Positions 11,652 to 25,206 of a DNA stretch of 64,000 nucleotides are shown here, piece after piece (within the stretch, counting starts at the first letter, position 1; the number at the start of each line of letters is the position of its first letter). The stretch lies in the NCBI GenBank assembly GCA_964016885.1, contig OZ024745.1, positions 35,154,001 to 35,218,000 of the forward strand, in the 5' to 3' direction. The notes under the pieces are model-generated. The model did not search any database and was not told where the DNA came from. It worked only from the letters and a program-made list of their open reading frames with translations. A program made the position numbers and the translations under genes. This stretch comes from Eledone cirrhosa (taxonomy: Eukaryota).

Positions 11652-12940
11652 GCTATCTCTGAAAGGTCGAGCGGAGGTGGCTAACGCGTACATCGCGTCC
11701 GTCATCTACTACCGCCTGACCGTCGTACCTTGTCCTAAGCCCCACCTGACTGCGCTGGAGCGTTTGCTCTTTCGCTTTTTGTGGAAGGGACGCGCTCCGA
11801 TGGTCAGGCTGTCCGTGGAGGGCTGGGCATGCCGTGGCTGATGATGCGCAGACACGCGCTCAGGCTACGACATCTCCACCTCTTCCTCGACGGTGATCAG
11901 GTGTGGTCGCCGTTTGCTAGACACGTCTTTCCCCAGCTCGTCTCCTTGACGGAGCTACAGTCCTGGGTCAAGCGAAGACCGAGAGGGAGCGCTTGGAGAC
12001 TGGAATGTCTTCAGGCGCTCACAGCCCTCGACCAATCAGGCAATGTGATCGGTGGAAACTCCACCTTGGCGTTCTATAGAGGATTAGTGGAGGGGAAGAG
12101 CGCGACGTACTTGGAGAAACTCTAGGCGTCGACGAAAATCAACTAGCCAATCTCTTCGGAAGGACTTTCGGGCCGGGGCCTATGGACAACTCCCAGAAAT
12201 CCCTGGCCTGGCAGTCCTACGGGGAGCTTTGCCAGTTCGGGATAAACTCTACAGGCATGGAGGTGCCGTCAGCCGGGCATGTCCGAGATGCGCGCAGGGC
12301 GACGAAACCGTCCTGCACGCACTCGTCCAGTGTCCGAGCATTGCTGACTTGTGGGTTTATGTCGAACACCTTCTGTCACGTGTAGGACGGATCCAGCTAT
12401 CAGCTGAGTCCATCGTGAGGATTGCCCCGCCCTCTTCCTTTAGCCGGGAAGGACAGGCAGTTTTTATCTGTCTGGTGGCCATGGCGAAAGAGATAGTATG
12501 GTGGACACGTTTGAAAGGGCTGAAGACGAGCACTTACCTCTTCGGTGATGCCCTGATTAACTTTTTCAAATTTCATTTGAAAAGGAAAATCAGGGTAGAG
12601 AGGGAAGTGCTCTCTTCCCAGCATTTTGTTGACAGATGGGTGAGAGAAGCAAGTATGGCCCGAGTGAATGGGCCTACTCTGAGTATGTGTCTGTAAATTA
12701 AAGGTGGAAAACTGGGAGAGGGCACTTGCCCTGGTGGTCAGGGTCACTGTGGTCTTTTAATGGGCTTTCTCCACAAATGTCCCTCGGAAGTCTCCCCCCT
12801 ATTGGGGAATTTTTCTTTGTTATTTTATTACATCCTCTGTTTTTTTACACGCAGAAATGCCCATTTGTACCGTCCTGTATTGTCCTGTACTGTCCTTAAT
12901 GTCTACTTTATGTAAACCCTTGTGGTTGATAAAGAAAACA
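11652..12940 (+). mobile_element. 5'-truncated Tx1/L1-clade LINE 3' end
   Basis: LSLKGRAEVANAYIASVIYY, GGLGMP, zf-RVT CPRCAQGDETVLHALVQC; frameshifted; ends ...gataaagaaaaca before (TTA)n. Confidence 0.85.
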
Positions 12941-13186
12941 TTATTATTATTATTATTATTATTAATATATATATATATGTATATATATATATTATATTAT
13001 ATTTAGAGTTATAAACTCAAACAGTCCTTTACAATTAATTAGCTCAAAGAAAGAAGCATTTCTGAGCCGTGAAATACAAGTTAATATAAATTAATATATG
13101 ATAAACACATAAGTGTTTGTATTGCAAAAGACGAAGTTAGCTAGAATGAAATAAACTAATTCAAATAAAATACACACACACACACA

Positions 13187-13302
<116 letters not shown>

Positions 13303-14965
13303 CGTTAATATATTTCATAGAAACTGAAACGTGGTTACTGATTTTCATATTACGTACACATAAACTTACAACTAGAATGTAAGACATCAAAACTTAGTTT
13401 GAACTAAAATTAATGACTTATGGTTATTTATTTTATTTTAATTTCCTAAATTCTTTATTTTGCTTTATTTATTAAGACCAAGATAGACTGCTGCTTTTTA
13501 ATTACAATTTTTGTAAAATTCATTTTAGGGTGTAAATCATTTTCAATTACTTAAAATGTTAACTGAATGTTGGATAAAATGATATTGTTGAATTATTATA
13601 TTGAAATAATATCGTTAAATTAAATTAATTATATCCTATAAATATTCGTCCTGTAAATGTTTTATATATGTTCAAGTACGGAGGAGTTTACAAACAAGGA
13701 AACATATGTCAAGACACACGTAAATACATGAAACTATTACGATATGATGTTGAATTCAAATATGAGATATCGGAAGACAGGAAATATCGTTGTTCGAAAA
13801 ACACGTTCTTGATAATAAATGGTGAATATATACCATTTATTCATTGTTTCTTAATTACAATGTTTAAATACCAAGGTGTTTAGAATACAAAAAAATGCTA
13901 CATTTGCTTAATGTGGTACACAATCCAAATAAGACAGCTATTGGTGTATTGTAACAATTCAGACTGAAACCGAATTAGTAACATAATATATATGCAGTTC
14001 AAATTTCTAACATGACGCTGATATTTAAACATAATCTCTTGTAAATAAATAAAACATCGGTCGTTCATTTTAAAAATAAGGGAATACTGTATGATAAAAA
14101 AATAATTACTACGAATTATTCGAGTGTAAATATGTTCGCCACGTAAATATTTTGTGACATATTTATTGATAGTGGCAATGAGGAATTTCTCAAATACATT
14201 CTTTATCGAATATAGTGGAAAGAGCTATGTGCACGACTTGGTATTATAATATATATGTACATACAGATATACAAAGATTTTTCCCAGTGCACATCAGAAC
14301 AAATTAAAACGAGGAAAGAAACACACCGTGAACTTCCGAATCACGTATATATTTTAAACATTTTGAATATTGATGTTGTAATTTTGCTGGTGCTAACTGA
14401 GAAAATAGATTTGATATTTTGATTCCTATTAAATGAATAATAGCGACTACAACATTATGTTGACTTGGTAATATACTATAGCAGATATTTAGGATTTGAT
14501 GAATTTTATGTAAGTAGTTAACATATGGGTGCAGGCATATCTGTGATATTAAGAATTCTGCCTCGCAACTAGGTTTTCGTATTCCAATTCCACTGCACAA
14601 TGCCTTGGGCAAATCTCATGTTTCATTCCCCAAAGTTGTTAAAACACACCTATTTCACTGAGAATATACCCAGTCTCCTATACATTGAAAAGAAATTAGA
14701 ATTAATAATGATAAACGATGCCATTTTTGCCAACCATAGTCTTGCTGCAGTCAACACATTCATATATAGATATAATAGATATAATATATATATCACATGC
14801 ACCAATGTAAGCAGTATATTTAATAATAATGAATATATTATTCCTACCAATGTAAGCAGCCTTACTGATTTCCTGAGGATTTCTATTTATTTTCCGAAGT
14901 CAAAATGTTGAGGATTGCTATTTGCTTTGCTAAGACAAAAGCGTTCGGTGATAAAACAAAATAAC

Positions 14966-15033
<68 letters not shown>

Positions 15034-15898
15034 CTGACATATTACCTTCAGCTGAAATCAATAAAATGTCGTTGAGAAGAAACGAAAGATAAAACAATTT
15101 GTAACTAAAGAATTCACAGCTGTAAGTCATAAATGGAAAAGATAATGGTAGGAGAGAAAGTGAGTGAGAAAACAGAATAGAACAGACAAATGATATGATT
15201 CGACAAGAAGACGACTCTCTCGACACATTCCAATTATAAATTAGATTAGAACAGCAAAAACACAGTAACCTATTACATTTTGTGTTGATCCTCCAGCCAC
15301 AAAATGAATGAGTTCATTACGAATCATGTGTTGTTTCTATAGGGGTTATTTGTTAAGTATTATTCCTCATACTTGTCTAACAAAGATAACTACTTTTTCA
15401 GTGATTGAGCATTACTGCAAATGCAGAAATACGTTCGTTAGTTTAAAAGTCCGAATCTAACCTAGACAACTGCTGTTTATTAAAGGTTGCGCGGAAATCG
15501 AAGGACTAACAAATGCACAACTTGCCTTGGGGAGGAAACGCTCATCAATAGAAATATCTAAAACATACGATGTGCATATAGCGTTCATAATCTGGTTGAC
15601 ATTGTTTTCTGGTTCAGCAAATGTTTGATTTTCAATTTCATTTTTATTTAACCATTATTATCGACATTATTTTATGAAGCTATTTTTGTGCATTCCAACT
15701 AATAACGATATGAACTATCACTTTTAATATTTTACTCTGTAACTGGTTTCAGTCATTAGAAGTCGACTTCCATTTATTATTTTCAAGCCTGGTACTTCTT
15801 TTATCCATCTCGTTATTAAGGAACCACTACGTTATAGGACATAAACACAATCACAAACGTAAACACATAGACGCACATTATATATAAACTTTACTTTC

Positions 15899-15936
<38 letters not shown>

Positions 15937-16142
15937 AAGTAAGGTTTTTGATATATCCCACACGGGTAAAAATAGTAGTTTAAAATACAATTGGAGTTTT
16001 AAAAAATGTGTCTATGTTAGAAACCGGCTCTAAAACCAGAACACACGCATGCATATATACATACATGCATATATACATACATACATACATACATACATAC
16101 ATACATACATACATACATACATACATACATACATACATACAT

Positions 16143-17050
16143 ACGGAAGATGCTATTCAATGTTCAAACAAGATAAAAAAATTGACCAATTTACAGAAAA
16201 AGTTGGGCATGGATACTTGAGACGTAAAACACAGACCATAGAGGGGATAAACCACTCAAAAAGCCTGGCATGGAGTTCCGACAAGTTTATGACATCACAC
16301 CTTAAGGGATATCTCTATGCAATACAGGAACAAGAACTCCCTACCAAATATCTGCTGCACAAAAGAGGAGGGCCAGCAGCTGACAATAAATGTAGGCTAT
16401 GTAAAACAAAGATCGAGGATGTAAGCCACATTGTTGCCAGCTGCGAAAGAATGTCATCTCGCTACTACCTCCCCATGAGACACGATGGGATAGCTAGAAC
16501 CATCTGGAACGCACTTCGGAAAACAAAATTAACAACAAACGAGGAAGAATATATTGAGACAGATGGCATTAAGGAATACTGGTGGAACCTGAAAATAAAA
16601 ACTGCCACCAAATTAAAGCACAACCGGCCTGATATTGTAGTTTGGGACCACACATTGAAAACGTGTTCTGTTGTGGAGATCAGCTGCCCACTTGATGTAA
16701 ACGTTGTCAGAAAAATACAGGAGAAGGAGGACATCTGCGGACCATTGATGAGGAGTTTACAAATCCAGTATCCAAGATACACCCCTTAGCTTCATACCCA
16801 TCATTATTGGAGCTACGGGTTATATACCAACCCGCTTGGACCAAAGTATGACTGAACTTGGATTTGCGGACAAAAAGCGCAGCTCCCTAATTCATAGTCT
16901 ACAAATTGCTGCGATAGCTGGCACCTTCAAAATTTGCAAAACATTCTTGCGATTCAAGGGATGACAATTTCTTTTCTTTTACAACCTTGCCACCAGGAAG
17001 GTGGCCGGTCAAAAAAAATATACTCGAAATTAAGAGAAAGAGATAACATA
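16143..17050 (+). mobile_element. Truncated RLE-type LINE 3' end inserted in (CATA)n
   Basis: CRLCKTKIEDVSHIVASC, RHD, HNRPDIVVWD, VVEISCP; both ends in (CATA)n; near-identical copy at 42468-42960. Confidence 0.88.
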
Positions 17051-17389
17051 CATATGTAAAACATTCCAAAAATTTTGCATCTAATAACTGCATATACACA
17101 TGTACAGATACAAAGCATATACACATGCACACATACAACTCAAAACATACACATCCACACATACAATAACATCCATATCTACACATGCATACATACATAT
17201 CTATCTAGGTGATGTTGTGTAAATTCCAATGAGAGAGTCTTGTGTCTATGTTAGAAACCGACTCTCGCTATTGGGAAAAATTTGTGAAATTATAAAACCA
17301 GAAGAACATACATACATACATACATACATACATGCATGCATACATACATACATACTACGTTCGCCCGCGTACATACATATGCATGCTTA

Positions 17390-17476
17390 TGAACTCAGAA
17401 TGGCAAGGGCCGTAACTCTATGCGTCAAAGCATGGCGTCCGACCCTCTACCGATACTGCCAATCCACCGCCCTATA
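17390..17476 (-). mobile_element. tRNA-derived SINE 5' head (fragment)
   Basis: Reverse complement of the head of the SINE at 20962-21142. Confidence 0.7.
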
Positions 17477-18734
17477 GTTCAATAGATAATGAAGATAAGA
17501 GATGTTCAGCAGAGTAATTGGAATAATAAGCTTAATTGAATAATGTTATGTTATAGCGGAATAATATGGAACAAAGTGAGGTAATCTAGGGTGGAATATA
17601 GTAAATGTGGAGCATGTTGATAGCTGGAATTATCCGTAACCGAGATCACGTTATGACGCCTCATTCGGTTAAAGCATGGATTGTGTAACCTATATTCTAA
17701 ATGTTTAGTTGACAGACGTGGAAAAGTGATAGGTAGATGGTTAGATAGAGAGATGCTGTATATGGTGTTGTAGTGGACTAGCTATTTGTTTATATAGATT
17801 GATAAGTAGATAAATAGATATATAGATAAGAAAGATAATTTATACATAATGGAATATATGAGTTAATAAAACAGTAACCTAAATATTACAATGCAAAAAT
17901 ACAATAAGAAAAGTTGAACAGAGTAGTTAGAATAAGATCTACCTTAATGAAATAAAGTTAAGTTGCAGTGAAACAAAATAGACCAGTTAGATAATCTAGA
18001 GTAAAGTTATATAATAAACATGCATCATGTTGATCATTGGATTAATCAGAAACAGGTGCTGCATCATGACAACGTATTAGGTTAAAGCAAGGATAGTATA
18101 AACTATATTCTCAAATTTTAAACAGAACAATGTAACATAACCCAAGAAAGGTATAAGGAGTAAAATAAAATAAAATGAAATTAAGGTTCAATGAGGTCAT
18201 AAGTATAGAAGTAGCGGCAGCAGACAAGAAGGGGAAACGGAGAAGGTGTTAATAAAGTTAAACATACGAGTTAGCTGTTTGAGTAGATAACCGGTTTGAA
18301 GTGTATATATCTAGCTGTGGTTTTATGGATACACGTAGAGTTTATTAAGGTGTGGTCTTTTGGCGATCAAACTCTCTATACATTCAGAGATGCAGTTTCG
18401 TGCCTAAATGTGGGATTGCTTTTGTAACACCAGTTTGCACTCTGTTAATATGATACATGTGAGACGATATCACAACAAATAATGTTATTTATTACTAGTT
18501 GTAAAACATTTTATGTATTTATCTCTGAATTTAATCGCAATACAACTTTAATTTTTTTTTCTATCCTTCGTTGCGATATTGTTTCACGTGCAACTTACCA
18601 ACAGAGTGGTTCTCCATTCTGTTGCGTGGGATGTAAAGCCTGGTAGAGCCCATTCCTCTACAGGTTGGAATACAGCCGATTTCTTCTGGAGAAGTAGAGA
18701 GAGAAAGGGCGAGAGAGAAGTGAGAAAAAAGAAT

Positions 18735-18830
18735 ACACTCGAGTATTGAATAGGTACTTAATTTATCGACCTCGAAAGGATAACAGGCAAAGTTGACCAA
18801 GGCGAGATTTGAACTCATAGCCTAGACAAC
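18735..18830 (-). mobile_element. SINE central-domain fragment
   Basis: gagttcaaatc..gtcaactttgcc..tcctttcgaggtcgataaattaagtacc on the minus strand. Confidence 0.7.
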
Positions 18831-19126
18831 CGTAAAAAAAGAACACAACGGATTCTATCTAAGATTCTAACGATTCGGACACTTCGCTGACATGTAAGTA
18901 ATTTAGGCGAATTATAGCTGGTATATATTGAGCTAGCGACAATAATCATGATTAAAAGTTTTTGAAACTATAGCCATTTTTGTATCGTGAGCACCAACAT
19001 TATAAACTAATGAAAATTTGAAGCCTCAACAGATAAGAAACAATACTGACTACAATTTGGTTGCAGAGACGTTTCATAACTCAAATTAAACACTTAATAT
19101 ACATAGATACATACATACATCTCTTG

Positions 19127-19258
<132 letters not shown>

Positions 19259-19717
19259 ACACACACGCACACACATACACACACACATATATATATATAC
19301 ATAAAGTTGACTGATGGGAGATTGACAGTGAATTATATAATTAAGCTCAATGTATTTATGTCATTATAGATATAAAGGATTTGAATATACTCATTGAAAT
19401 ATTTGTAAAGTATTAAATGATTTAAAAAATCTATTCTAGCTTCTCAATTTGTTGTATACATTCTGTGTTATACATTCTGTGTCACCTTTTCGTTCTTTCT
19501 TTAAATAACATCTCCTCAATATTTCTATCTATAATGACACAAACAAATAGAATATATATATTATGAACTGACAATTCTAATACTTTGATTAACTCTATGA
19601 ACATCTCTCTCAATATATATTTACTTTTTTATTTTTGCTATACTTACATACATACAAATATATAGTAGTAATAAATATAAAGACCAAAATCCACAAAGGA
19701 CCCGATAAGGGTTATAT

Positions 19718-19752
<35 letters not shown>

Positions 19753-19893
19753 CAACCCTAATTTGAGTCCTTATGTATAAATATAAATATAAATATAAAT
19801 ATAAATATAAATATACACACACACATATATATATATATATATTTATTAAAATAACAGATTAAAGTTTAATTTAGTCTTCACATTTATTAGTAT

Positions 19894-19944
<51 letters not shown>

Positions 19945-20812
19945 TATATATATATACAGAGCTGGAAATATTCATTAGTTAAGCAAAACAAGACCACAAA
20001 TTTCACAAGGAAGACATTATTAAAAGATTGTCAACATATTTTAGTTTGATGTAAGGAATGTAGAGAATAATAATAATACTATTGATAATAATAATGTCCG
20101 TTTACAATTGTTTCGCTACTCCATATAATATGTCTGGATCAAATGACAAATAATCGGTAGAGGTCGTGATAGTGTTATGTAATATGCTTCGGTAATACAG
20201 AGATCACAAGATTTTCTTCGTCCATTAACCAACATTGAACACTCACTAACATGGGATATCTTAGCTAGGGCCCAACCGTTAAATGGACGAAGAAAATCTT
20301 GTGATCTCTGTATTACCAAAGCATATTACATAACTCTATCACGACCTCTACCGATTAACGATAGAACGGAGGTAACTATTAGCTGTCAAAATCGAAGGGC
20401 TAATTCCTTCGCCAACAGAATATTTGACCCAACATAGTCATCTAGCCCCATTTTTACTTGTAGCTAATAAGTTAAATAGCTATAACTAACTTAGATAATT
20501 ATAAGTTACCTCCCCTACATTGTCTCTCAATTAAAAAATTAAAAAATTAGCACTTAGCTATAAACTACCCACAATTTCTAATCTCTTCCTAGGAGTTACT
20601 TCCCCTGAAACCACCCTCTAATTAGTAAGGTAAATATGTCCATTGGCGGCCATCTTGTTACCCATAGGCAGATCTCACACAATGCAGCCTCGACAGATGA
20701 ATACTGCTTGATTATGGCAGACAATTGATACACCCAGGACACCATAGTGAAATACCAATATATGGAACATTACATTATGTAACATTCTTTCCTTATTTTA
20801 TATCCCTTTGAA

Positions 20813-20930
20813 GTTCCGATGAGCCGCTCTGTCTTTAAATATGTTAATATTTTCAACTGAACCAGATCAATAATGATATATAGTCATTTGATCCAGAAAT
20901 ATTATATGGAGTAGCGAAACAATTGTAAAC
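20813..20930 (+). ncRNA. Type I hammerhead-like motif, U4C core, long stem II
   Basis: gtt CCGATGA gccgctct..~80 nt..ggagtagc GAAA caattg TA aac. Confidence 0.55.
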
Positions 20931-20961
20931 GGACATTATTATTATTAATATTATTATTATT

Positions 20962-21142
20962 CGTGGATTGGCAGTATCGGTAGAGGGTCGGACGCCATGC
21001 TTTCCAGCATAGTTACGCCCCTTTACGATCTGAGTTCAAATCCCGCTGAGGTTGACTTTGCCTTTCATCCTTACGAGGTCGATAAATTAAAGTACCAGTA
21101 ATGCACTGGGTATGTGCTGGCCTTGTGTCTAAAGTAGAAACA
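20962..21142 (+). mobile_element. tRNA-derived SINE (probably Meta-domain type) with TSD
   Basis: A box TGGCAGTATCGG, B box GAGTTCAAATC, gactttgcctttcatcct..ggtcgataaattaaagtaccag; flanked by tattattattc duplication; absent from the opposite inverted arm. Confidence 0.8.
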
Positions 21143-21381
21143 ATTATTATTATTCTCTACATTCCTTACATCAAACTAAAATATGTTGACAATCTTTTAA
21201 TAATGTCTTCCTTGTGAAATTTGTGGTCTTGTTTTGCTTAACTAATGAATATATATATATATATATAATAAGGAGTTGACGGACCTTCTGAAATATTTGC
21301 TCTACCGCAATTTATGTACTACATATATATATATATAGAAAACAAACCAACCTGCGTACTTCGTCGAATGCTCCAATCTGC

Positions 21382-21769
21382 ATACTGACGTGTCGGCAAA
21401 CAACCAACGTACATTCAAAAAATATATATATATATATAACAAAGGAAATGTGGTAAGGAACCAGATGGACCATAACGCACCAAAGTACTCAATACTTAGT
21501 GTAGTACAGTGGGAAATAGGAAAAAGTATGACTCCGACGGCAGAGCTCAAGCCGTTTCGACTGCTATTTCTGGGTCCAGAAATAGCCGTCGAAACTGCTT
21601 GAGCTCTGCCGTCGGGGTCATACATTTTCCTATTTCCCACTGTACTACACTAAGTATTGAGTACTTTGGTGCGTTATGGTCCATCTGGTTCCTTACCACA
21701 TTTCCTTTGTTATATATATATATATATATATTTTGAGTGTACGTTGGTTGTTTGCCGACACGTCAGTAT
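21382..21769. repeat. Near-perfect ~390 bp palindrome (fold-back element)
   Basis: Arms are reverse complements about a centre near 21574; related copy at 34395-34582. Confidence 0.92.
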
Positions 21770-22165
21770 TTATTCATCTATATATGCATAATAGCTTTGC
21801 TTGTCTCCTTCTCATGTATATGACCTACGCAGTCACAATATCCACACGCCTGCATATGAATTGTTATCGCACTCTTGCTTTCTCAAAACTGCTTCCTCAA
21901 TGCCTCTTTAATATTTGTACTGTTCCCTTGTTTTAACTGTTGCATGTATTCCACTCCGTGATTTTGATTTTGATTTTGATTTAATTTTGATTTTAATTTT
22001 AATTTGAACTTGAATGCTTGTACAATTATTGTACAATTCTCATACAATATATGTCGCATCCATTCAACCCTGTAAATACGAAACTGTTGCTCACAACATC
22101 AATTTATATGTATCTATATTATTGTTCAGTTGAATAGGAGGTGAATTATATATGCAAAAAATGAT

Positions 22166-22217
22166 AATGCTCCGATGACTCCAAACGAGAGTTTAGAAGA
22201 AACGATTGTCAGCTATT
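22166..22217 (+). ncRNA. Type I hammerhead-like motif, U4C core
   Basis: gct CCGATGA ctccaaac gaga gtttagaa GAAA cgattg TC agc. Confidence 0.55.
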
Positions 22218-22846
22218 AAATGATTTGAACACAACTTTGATAATTGTATAATTTATTGATTTAACTGCTCTGTAAAACAACTGATGTTCATACATTGAGC
22301 TATTTCCCTTACTGGTAATAAGATTATTAAGAAATTACTGACCTTCTTGTTTGTGGTTGTTTATACTATATACATAAGTACAAATAGTATTATTATATAT
22401 ATATATGTGTGTGTGTGTGTAGTATATAAATAGCGGTAGAGCAAATATTTCAGAAGATCCTGCTTTAGGGTGATAGCGGAAATTGTTGGCTTAAAAATTT
22501 ATGTGTGATCATAATATATATATATGTTTTGCGTGTGTGTCTGTGTAAGTGTGTGTGTGTATCTATATATATATATATATATGTGTGTGTGTATATACAT
22601 ATGAATTAATATATGCATGCATATGTATATATGTGTGTGCATATATATATATATATGTATATTTGTATATTGAGAAAGAGTGAAAGATGCAGAGATTGCT
22701 TTATTCATATATATATATATGAAAAGTACACGTTTATAAGCTTATAGAGGAAATAAACATGTCTTCTTCCTTTTTACTTTAGACGTGAATTGGTTGGATG
22801 AACACAACAAATACACATACGCACTTACACACTCACACACAGACAT

Positions 22847-22913
<67 letters not shown>

Positions 22914-23102
22914 TATAAACTCATATATATACGTAAAACTCATACATATATATATATATACATATATTGCTTTAAGTATTTCCCCAAATCTCATTTAATT
23001 TTCGTAAACAGAGCATATAATCGTTGATAGTTGTCTGTAAAAGAAACCAAAAAGAAACGAAACATACAGTATGAATATTAAATATACGAAGCAACTACTT
23101 AC

Positions 23103-23142
23103 CCGTATAAAATAATTCTTTTTTTATTGAACATTCTTTCGA
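23103..23142 (-). CDS. CA-related protein exon E
   Basis: attttcag|SKECSIKKELFYT+G|gtaagt; 40 nt, phase 0/1; Cys and Tyr placed as in the CARP C-terminal tail (xxCxxxxxxxYxvn). Confidence 0.7.
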
Positions 23143-23668
23143 CTGAAAATACAGAAATATTAGATTGCAGAGAATAATTATGTGTATAATCCTTCAGAAA
23201 AATAGCAATGGCTTCACATAAATATTTTCACTTTTTCTCTCAGATCAAAATTGATGACGAGATGATCAGTTCCTTTAAGTTTTCTTATCTAACTTTCATT
23301 AATAGATGTCTCAGAAAACACATTTTTCAACAGCATATATTTCTAATCTGAATAAATGTTGTAGTATTTCCTGATACTAATACATTTATCATCAAATCAT
23401 TCCCCACCCTTCCTATCTCATACCTCATAGTTATTCATTTTCCTTATTCGTACAACACCTCCCCTTGTTTTTAACTGATATATTCACGATTTCCGAGTTT
23501 GCTCAATATATAATTATTATATCTTCTTTTCAGCATTCTTGATATATTATTCTGAAATAACTGTAAGTTATTGCTTATAATAATAGATATACTTTATAAC
23601 AATAATATATAAAGTGGAGACGAATAACTATCAGTGTGAAAGTAATAAAGAGAAAATCTTGGAGAAAC

Positions 23669-23730
<62 letters not shown>

Positions 23731-24043
23731 GAGGGAGGGAGATAGGGAGCTGTAAAATGTAGCCTTATTTATTTCCTTCAATCAATAATTTGTTTACTGA
23801 TTTCTCATCAATGAAACCTCAATAAGAAAACATACGCGGAAGAACAACCTGCTAAAAGCAGGAACCACACACCACCATCTTCATAAAGGCAAGAATTATT
23901 TGCAAATAATATACAAAAGGATTGAATCGTCATGACTGGAATACTTTTATTTACATGATGGGCTAGGTGGTAACCTTGGTCTAAACAATACCACCAACAA
24001 CATCCAAGAAATAACCTTATAAATCTTTGTTACCCCCAAAGAA

Positions 24044-24126
24044 CTCTTGTAAAAGTCAAACATTAATTATCGTTTATGATTCTTGTACAAAAATACACAC
24101 ACACATCACATGTTGTGTTAATACCC

Positions 24127-24173
<47 letters not shown>

Positions 24174-24511
24174 GTAATCTGAGTTTTTCGAATATTAATA
24201 ATAACATTCGATTCGTTTGCAATTATGCAAACAAGCCTCAATTTTATAACCATGTCAGTAGAATGAACATTTCATTCTTGCTCTTATGTTGGCATGCGAA
24301 CAGAACTGCAGACACTAATGTTTCTGGATATCATCCTTCAGCAGTACAGCTCACTGTTCACCTGCCAAACTGTCAGATCTAGTGAAAATATATGCTATTT
24401 TCAAAAATAATTGGCGCTTGTTTGCATAATTGCAAACGAATCGAATGTTATTATTAATATTCGAAAAACTCAGATTACATTTATTGTATTCAGCCATGTA
24501 GAGCGAAATTT

Positions 24512-24559
<48 letters not shown>

Positions 24560-25206
24560 CAGGAAAGAAGATTGACATGGTTTGCAATACAAAAAAGGTT
24601 TTTAATCTCATTGCTGACAATTGTTTCTCTGAACTGGTAGGTCTAGAGATCGCTATTCGCTTGTTTTCACGTTACTCGATCGCCAATACAAAATTATAAC
24701 CAGTCAGTTCTTCGGAGCATGCGAGAATGAAGAGAATATACATGCCTGTATATTCTCTTCATGCTCGCATGCTCCGAAGAACTGACTGGTTATAATTTTG
24801 TATTGGCGATCGAGTAACGTGAAAACAAGCGAATAGCGATCTCTAGACCTACCAGTTCAGAGAAACAATTGTCAGAATTGAGATTAAAAACCTTTTTTGT
24901 ATTGCAAACCATGTCAATCTTCTTTCCTGATTTATTATTACTTCAAGTGTTTACAACATAGGAATTACAGCGTACTCGCAACATCACTATGAATACGCCT
25001 TGTTGAGTCAAACCAAGCCTAGCGTTGATATCATCCACTACCCGGAATACCATAACTGGACTACACCTAAGGGGACTGGATATAACTATTATTTGTTACC
25101 CCGTATATATATATATATAAAGGAGGTATTAACACAACATGTAATGTGTGTGTGTATTTTTGTACAAGAATCATAAACGATAATTAATGTTTGACTTTTA
25201 CAAGAG
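24044..25206. repeat. Nested inverted repeats
   Basis: Outer arms 24044-24131/25118-25206 enclose IR 24168-24236/24415-24482 and palindrome 24554-24935, separated by (TA)n. Confidence 0.88.
24770..24876 (+). ncRNA. Type I hammerhead-like motif, U4C core, long stem II (mirror copy on minus strand 24612-24719)
   Basis: tgct CCGAAGA actgactggt..accagttcaga GAAA caattg TC ag(c/a)a. Confidence 0.55.

Larger units (their letters stand above)
19968..21252 (+). mobile_element. Penelope-like element relic with inverted arms
   Basis: ~20250-20437 translates WDILARAQPLNGRRKSCDLCITKAYYITLSRPLPINDRTEVTISCQNRR, resembling PLE GIY-YIG C-termini (CxLC...NxRxE...C); arms 19968-20147 and 20883-21252 are inverted; flanked by (TA)n. 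Confidence 0.75.
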
